From the NCBI GenBank assembly GCA_051294905.1, contig CM119377.1:4340001-4404000 (forward strand): DNA of 64,000 nt. Reading direction: 5' to 3'. This stretch comes from Botryllus schlosseri (Eukaryota). Shown one piece after another: positions 60,801-64,000 of the stretch. Numbering within the stretch: position 1 is the first letter of the stretch; each line of letters starts with the position of its first letter. Made by a program: the position numbers and the translations under genes. Below the pieces are notes generated by a model, which did not search any database, was not told where the DNA came from, and was given only the letters and a program-made list of their open reading frames with translations.

Positions 60801-61004
60801 TGTGGTTTTCAACCTGGGTGTCACAACCCGTCCCGGAGGATTGTTTGCCATTTTCCGAGGATCGTGAAGATGCTTACTTTTTTGTTTTGAGCGAAGGCTT
60901 ACATTTTTAATAACCAATCAGCTTACCAAATGTAAAGGTGGGTCGCGAAGCATTTTCATATCGCAAATTCAGTCGCGAGCATAAAAGGAGTTGAAAACCA
61001 ATGG
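60801..61004. mobile_element. Short degenerate hAT-like MITE
   Basis: TGTGGTTTTCAACC ... AGTTGAAAACCAATG imperfect TIRs with GGGTCGCGA motifs. Confidence 0.5.
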
Positions 61005-62369
61005 TGGAGTTCAAACTGTTGCAAAACTCATCGCTCCCTTATCGCCAGACACATCTTTATCGCCCCCAAAAGTCGGAGGTCATCAACAGCGAATTAATTT
61101 ACTTTTATAGATTACTCAGGTTTATGTTTATGTAGGCCTATATGTATTACTTATTCGAGTAGTTTTGTTTGTTTGCGACCTTTACCTCGACAGTTCTGAT
61201 GCTGAAATATACTAATATTTAACAAAACTACAGCGATGATGCCGAGCACACTAGAAAAATAATATTCAAGGAGGTTAATGTTCCAGACTATGATATGTAG
61301 ATTCTAAGGGCCCAGCAGGAGTCAGCATTTGCGTCAAAATTACCACGAACCATTTGGCAGAGTCTTGGTTTGGTTGCGTGTTTTTATTGTCAGAGACCAC
61401 TGCTATCGTTAGACGAAATAATCGTACTATGAAGCAATTAACAATAGGATATATAGGGCAATGGTGTCAAAATAACTATGTATTTTAGGGCGCATCGACC
61501 ATGTTTAATTGCACATTGTGCATGTGCATCAAGAAATCATTGAATCGTTTTAGCAATTCCCATGCCCCATTCTCCATCGATCTGAAATTCCACTTCTCAA
61601 AAACTGGAAATGAACGCCTGAGTGCTGGGCATTTTCGCACCGGAATCGCCCCGTGGATTTTCCTCCTCATTTGTTGCGCGAGATCACCCCTATCGGGTGA
61701 AATCGTCCTTATTGCGAACTTCCGGTCTAAAACTTAATTTCTGTAGCTCGCATACTCCAACATGCGGTCAGTTATAGTACGCACAGCACCCGGTACTTAT
61801 TTCAAATGCTGATACGACCAATCGGGGTTTCAAGACTTACACGTTGCTAATATAAGTCTTGAACGAAAGGGGCTTATAATTTATGTACTCGAAGAAATTG
61901 TCTTTCACTGCACGACTCCAATCATTAGAATTAATATTTGATTCGGATTCGAGTAGGCTACTCGAATCATTCGTAACCATCCCTATATTTATCGTTGTCA
62001 GTTGTCACCGGGAATAGCGTGATTTTTCAAACAAGAGCAAGTTGAAATTCAAGTCATTTTGATTTTAAATGCTAAAGTTCTGATATTTCGCTAGCGTTCA
62101 AGGTTGTGTTCACCTACAAAGGTTCGTTTTGGAACCCTATCCAGGTTGGCACACCGGAAGCAAACCTGAACGTAACGTTCGCGCGATCTTTACTAGCGTG
62201 AGAGAGAAAAAGAGAAGATGAATAGGACGCTGTTATTTTGTCTTTTGACGTTTTGCGGCATATGCAACGATTAACAACGCCATGGTACATAGACACGATA
62301 TATATGTGCAATTGTGCAATGTGCATGCATTTGCAATGCATGCATACCTTGCGTGCATGACGTGCATAT

Positions 62370-62579
62370 GACACTTGGCAAGCAGGGTACAGAAATAGCC
62401 TTGTAAGTCTTCAAAGTCTCGCACCACCCCTCCATGCCATCCCGGGAATGCTAAGCGCCTAAGCGATGAAGCCATGAATAACAGTATTATACTGTTCGGA
62501 TTTTTTGTCATGTCTGGCCGGGGATTGAATCCACGACTTACCGATCAAGAAGCCGGGTCGCTAGGCTATTCCGCTTGAG
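62370..62579 (-). mobile_element. Second-family tRNA-derived SINE fragment abutting a CAGTGGTTCCCAAA hAT end (from 62580)
   Basis: Minus strand GTAAGTCGTGGATTCAATCCCCGGCC is B-box-like. The 5' head is cut off at the hAT-type TIR. Confidence 0.5.
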
Positions 62580-63744
62580 CAGTGGTTCCCAAATTGGGCG
62601 CTGGCTACGAATTGGGTGGTAGGGAGGCGCTGAGAGCAAATGGGGGCGGTGTAGGTTTAGAGGCAATTGCTGCGTAGTGTTGAAACGATTGATGAATAAA
62701 ACATGAATATATGCAGTAAAACTGGGAAATCGGTTACGTCACGGCAATTTACGGTCGATCCAAGAGTCGGTCTGTTCAAGTGTTCAAGCGGCAGTACCGG
62801 AAAATTCGATTGTTCTTAACAATATATATCCTGCCCACCAATGGACTGATTCAGCAGTCAGCAGAATGACCAGAAAGCGTGGTATATTGTGTGGTGAGAA
62901 CTATGATGTATTTGAACACTTGTATTGATGCACAGTTAGGTGCGATGGCTTTAAGGAAAAGCGCCTTCCGCGATTTTACTCTCTGTTTCCAACGGTCGTG
63001 GAATTTTCACACTGATGCGACCCCGTCCCACAATAGTTCTGGTTGCGAGAAAAGATATCGCTAATAATTGACGGACAAAGGCTATTCATCATGTTTTATG
63101 AGTCGAACTTATCCTCTTTTGGTAATGATGGAAGCTCATCAACGTGAAAATGGCGCTGTCTGTATTCAGTAATAAGCTCGTGATAGATCAGAGAGATTTA
63201 TTAAGACGTGAACTTTTCCAATTCTCCAGCTTGCCTGGGCTTGATAACGGTCCTGCTCGCATAGGCCTATCTAATTTTGACGTATCAGCATACAGCAATC
63301 ATATCGAAAAACTGCATAAGGATTTATGGTAATTTCATTTCAGAATATATTCCAGTCAGAAGTTATCTTTACAGGATAATCAGTACATTCCGTGAAATTT
63401 CCGAGAATGGAATGATTTAGGAGCCTTCTACGTTGCAGAACAATTTTGCGCTCACACCAAAGTTCAACATCTCTTACTATCAATCGTTCTGGATACACAA
63501 TTGAATCGAATAGAAATACTCTCCTTGGAGTCGGGTTAAATTTGTCCTCATTAGCCCTCCCGGCTTATATTTATTAGAACGTGCTTTCAGTGCCGTGACA
63601 AATCTTCTAACTCACAGCAGAAACCTACTTCACATAGCCGGACGTGGAGATTTCAGATTGTTCTTATAAAATATTGAACCCAATATAATGATAAGGATGA
63701 TGACACATACAACAGCTTCATATGTCTTATTGTTAATTTCCGCG

Positions 63745-63915
63745 GCAGATGGCGTCACTGTCAGAGTTCAGGGTTATGCAGATGACACATGTCTGTGTGC
63801 TTCGTCTCGCGACTAGCTTCAAGCGCATTTAGATCTGTGCGATGAATTTTCTCGGTGGTCTGGTATGAAATTTAAACCCGCCAAGTGTCGTGTTCTTGCC
63901 TTGGGGTTCAAGGGA
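63745..63915 (+). pseudogene. Non-LTR retrotransposon reverse transcriptase fragment (R2/NeSL-like)
   Basis: ADGVTVRVQGYADDTCLCASSRD*LQAHLDLCDEFSRWSGMKFKPAKCRVLALG: YADD catalytic motif plus WSGMKFKPAKC, with one in-frame TAG. Confidence 0.8.
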
Positions 63916-64000
63916 AGTCGATCGTTCGTGGACTCATTTATTCTCATCTCCAGGTGGTGGTGTTGAGACGACTCCATACATAATTGAATTCGCCATTTTC

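Overview
Eukaryotic (invertebrate-like, AT-rich, intron-containing) genomic DNA, reconstructed by eye from GT/AG junctions and reading phase. There are two convergent multi-exon genes. (1) Plus strand 6282-31346: three tandem copies of the a-b-b'-a' protein disulfide isomerase (P4HB-type) module. Splice phases, a single signal peptide and a single HDEH C-terminus suggest ONE 34-exon, 5010-nt CDS (1669 aa, 12 thioredoxin folds). All six active-site positions have lost CxxC (SxxS in the a domains, xxxC in the a' domains). (2) Minus strand ~53085-32072: a divergent Serrate/Jagged-type Notch ligand with DSL, 13 traceable EGF repeats, a Jagged-type juxtamembrane domain, a TM helix and a short tail. 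It apparently lacks the DOS motif and has an RPKR furin-type site after the DSL domain. The window opens inside a young, pol-deleted gypsy-like LTR element with non-canonical TTTAACG...CGTTAAA LTR ends. Introns hold many hAT-type MITEs (several with verified 8-bp TSDs, some nested), a tRNA-derived SINE family, and a non-LTR RT fragment at the right end. 54-63 kb is largely unexplained. No database searches were run; family calls rest on remembered motifs.
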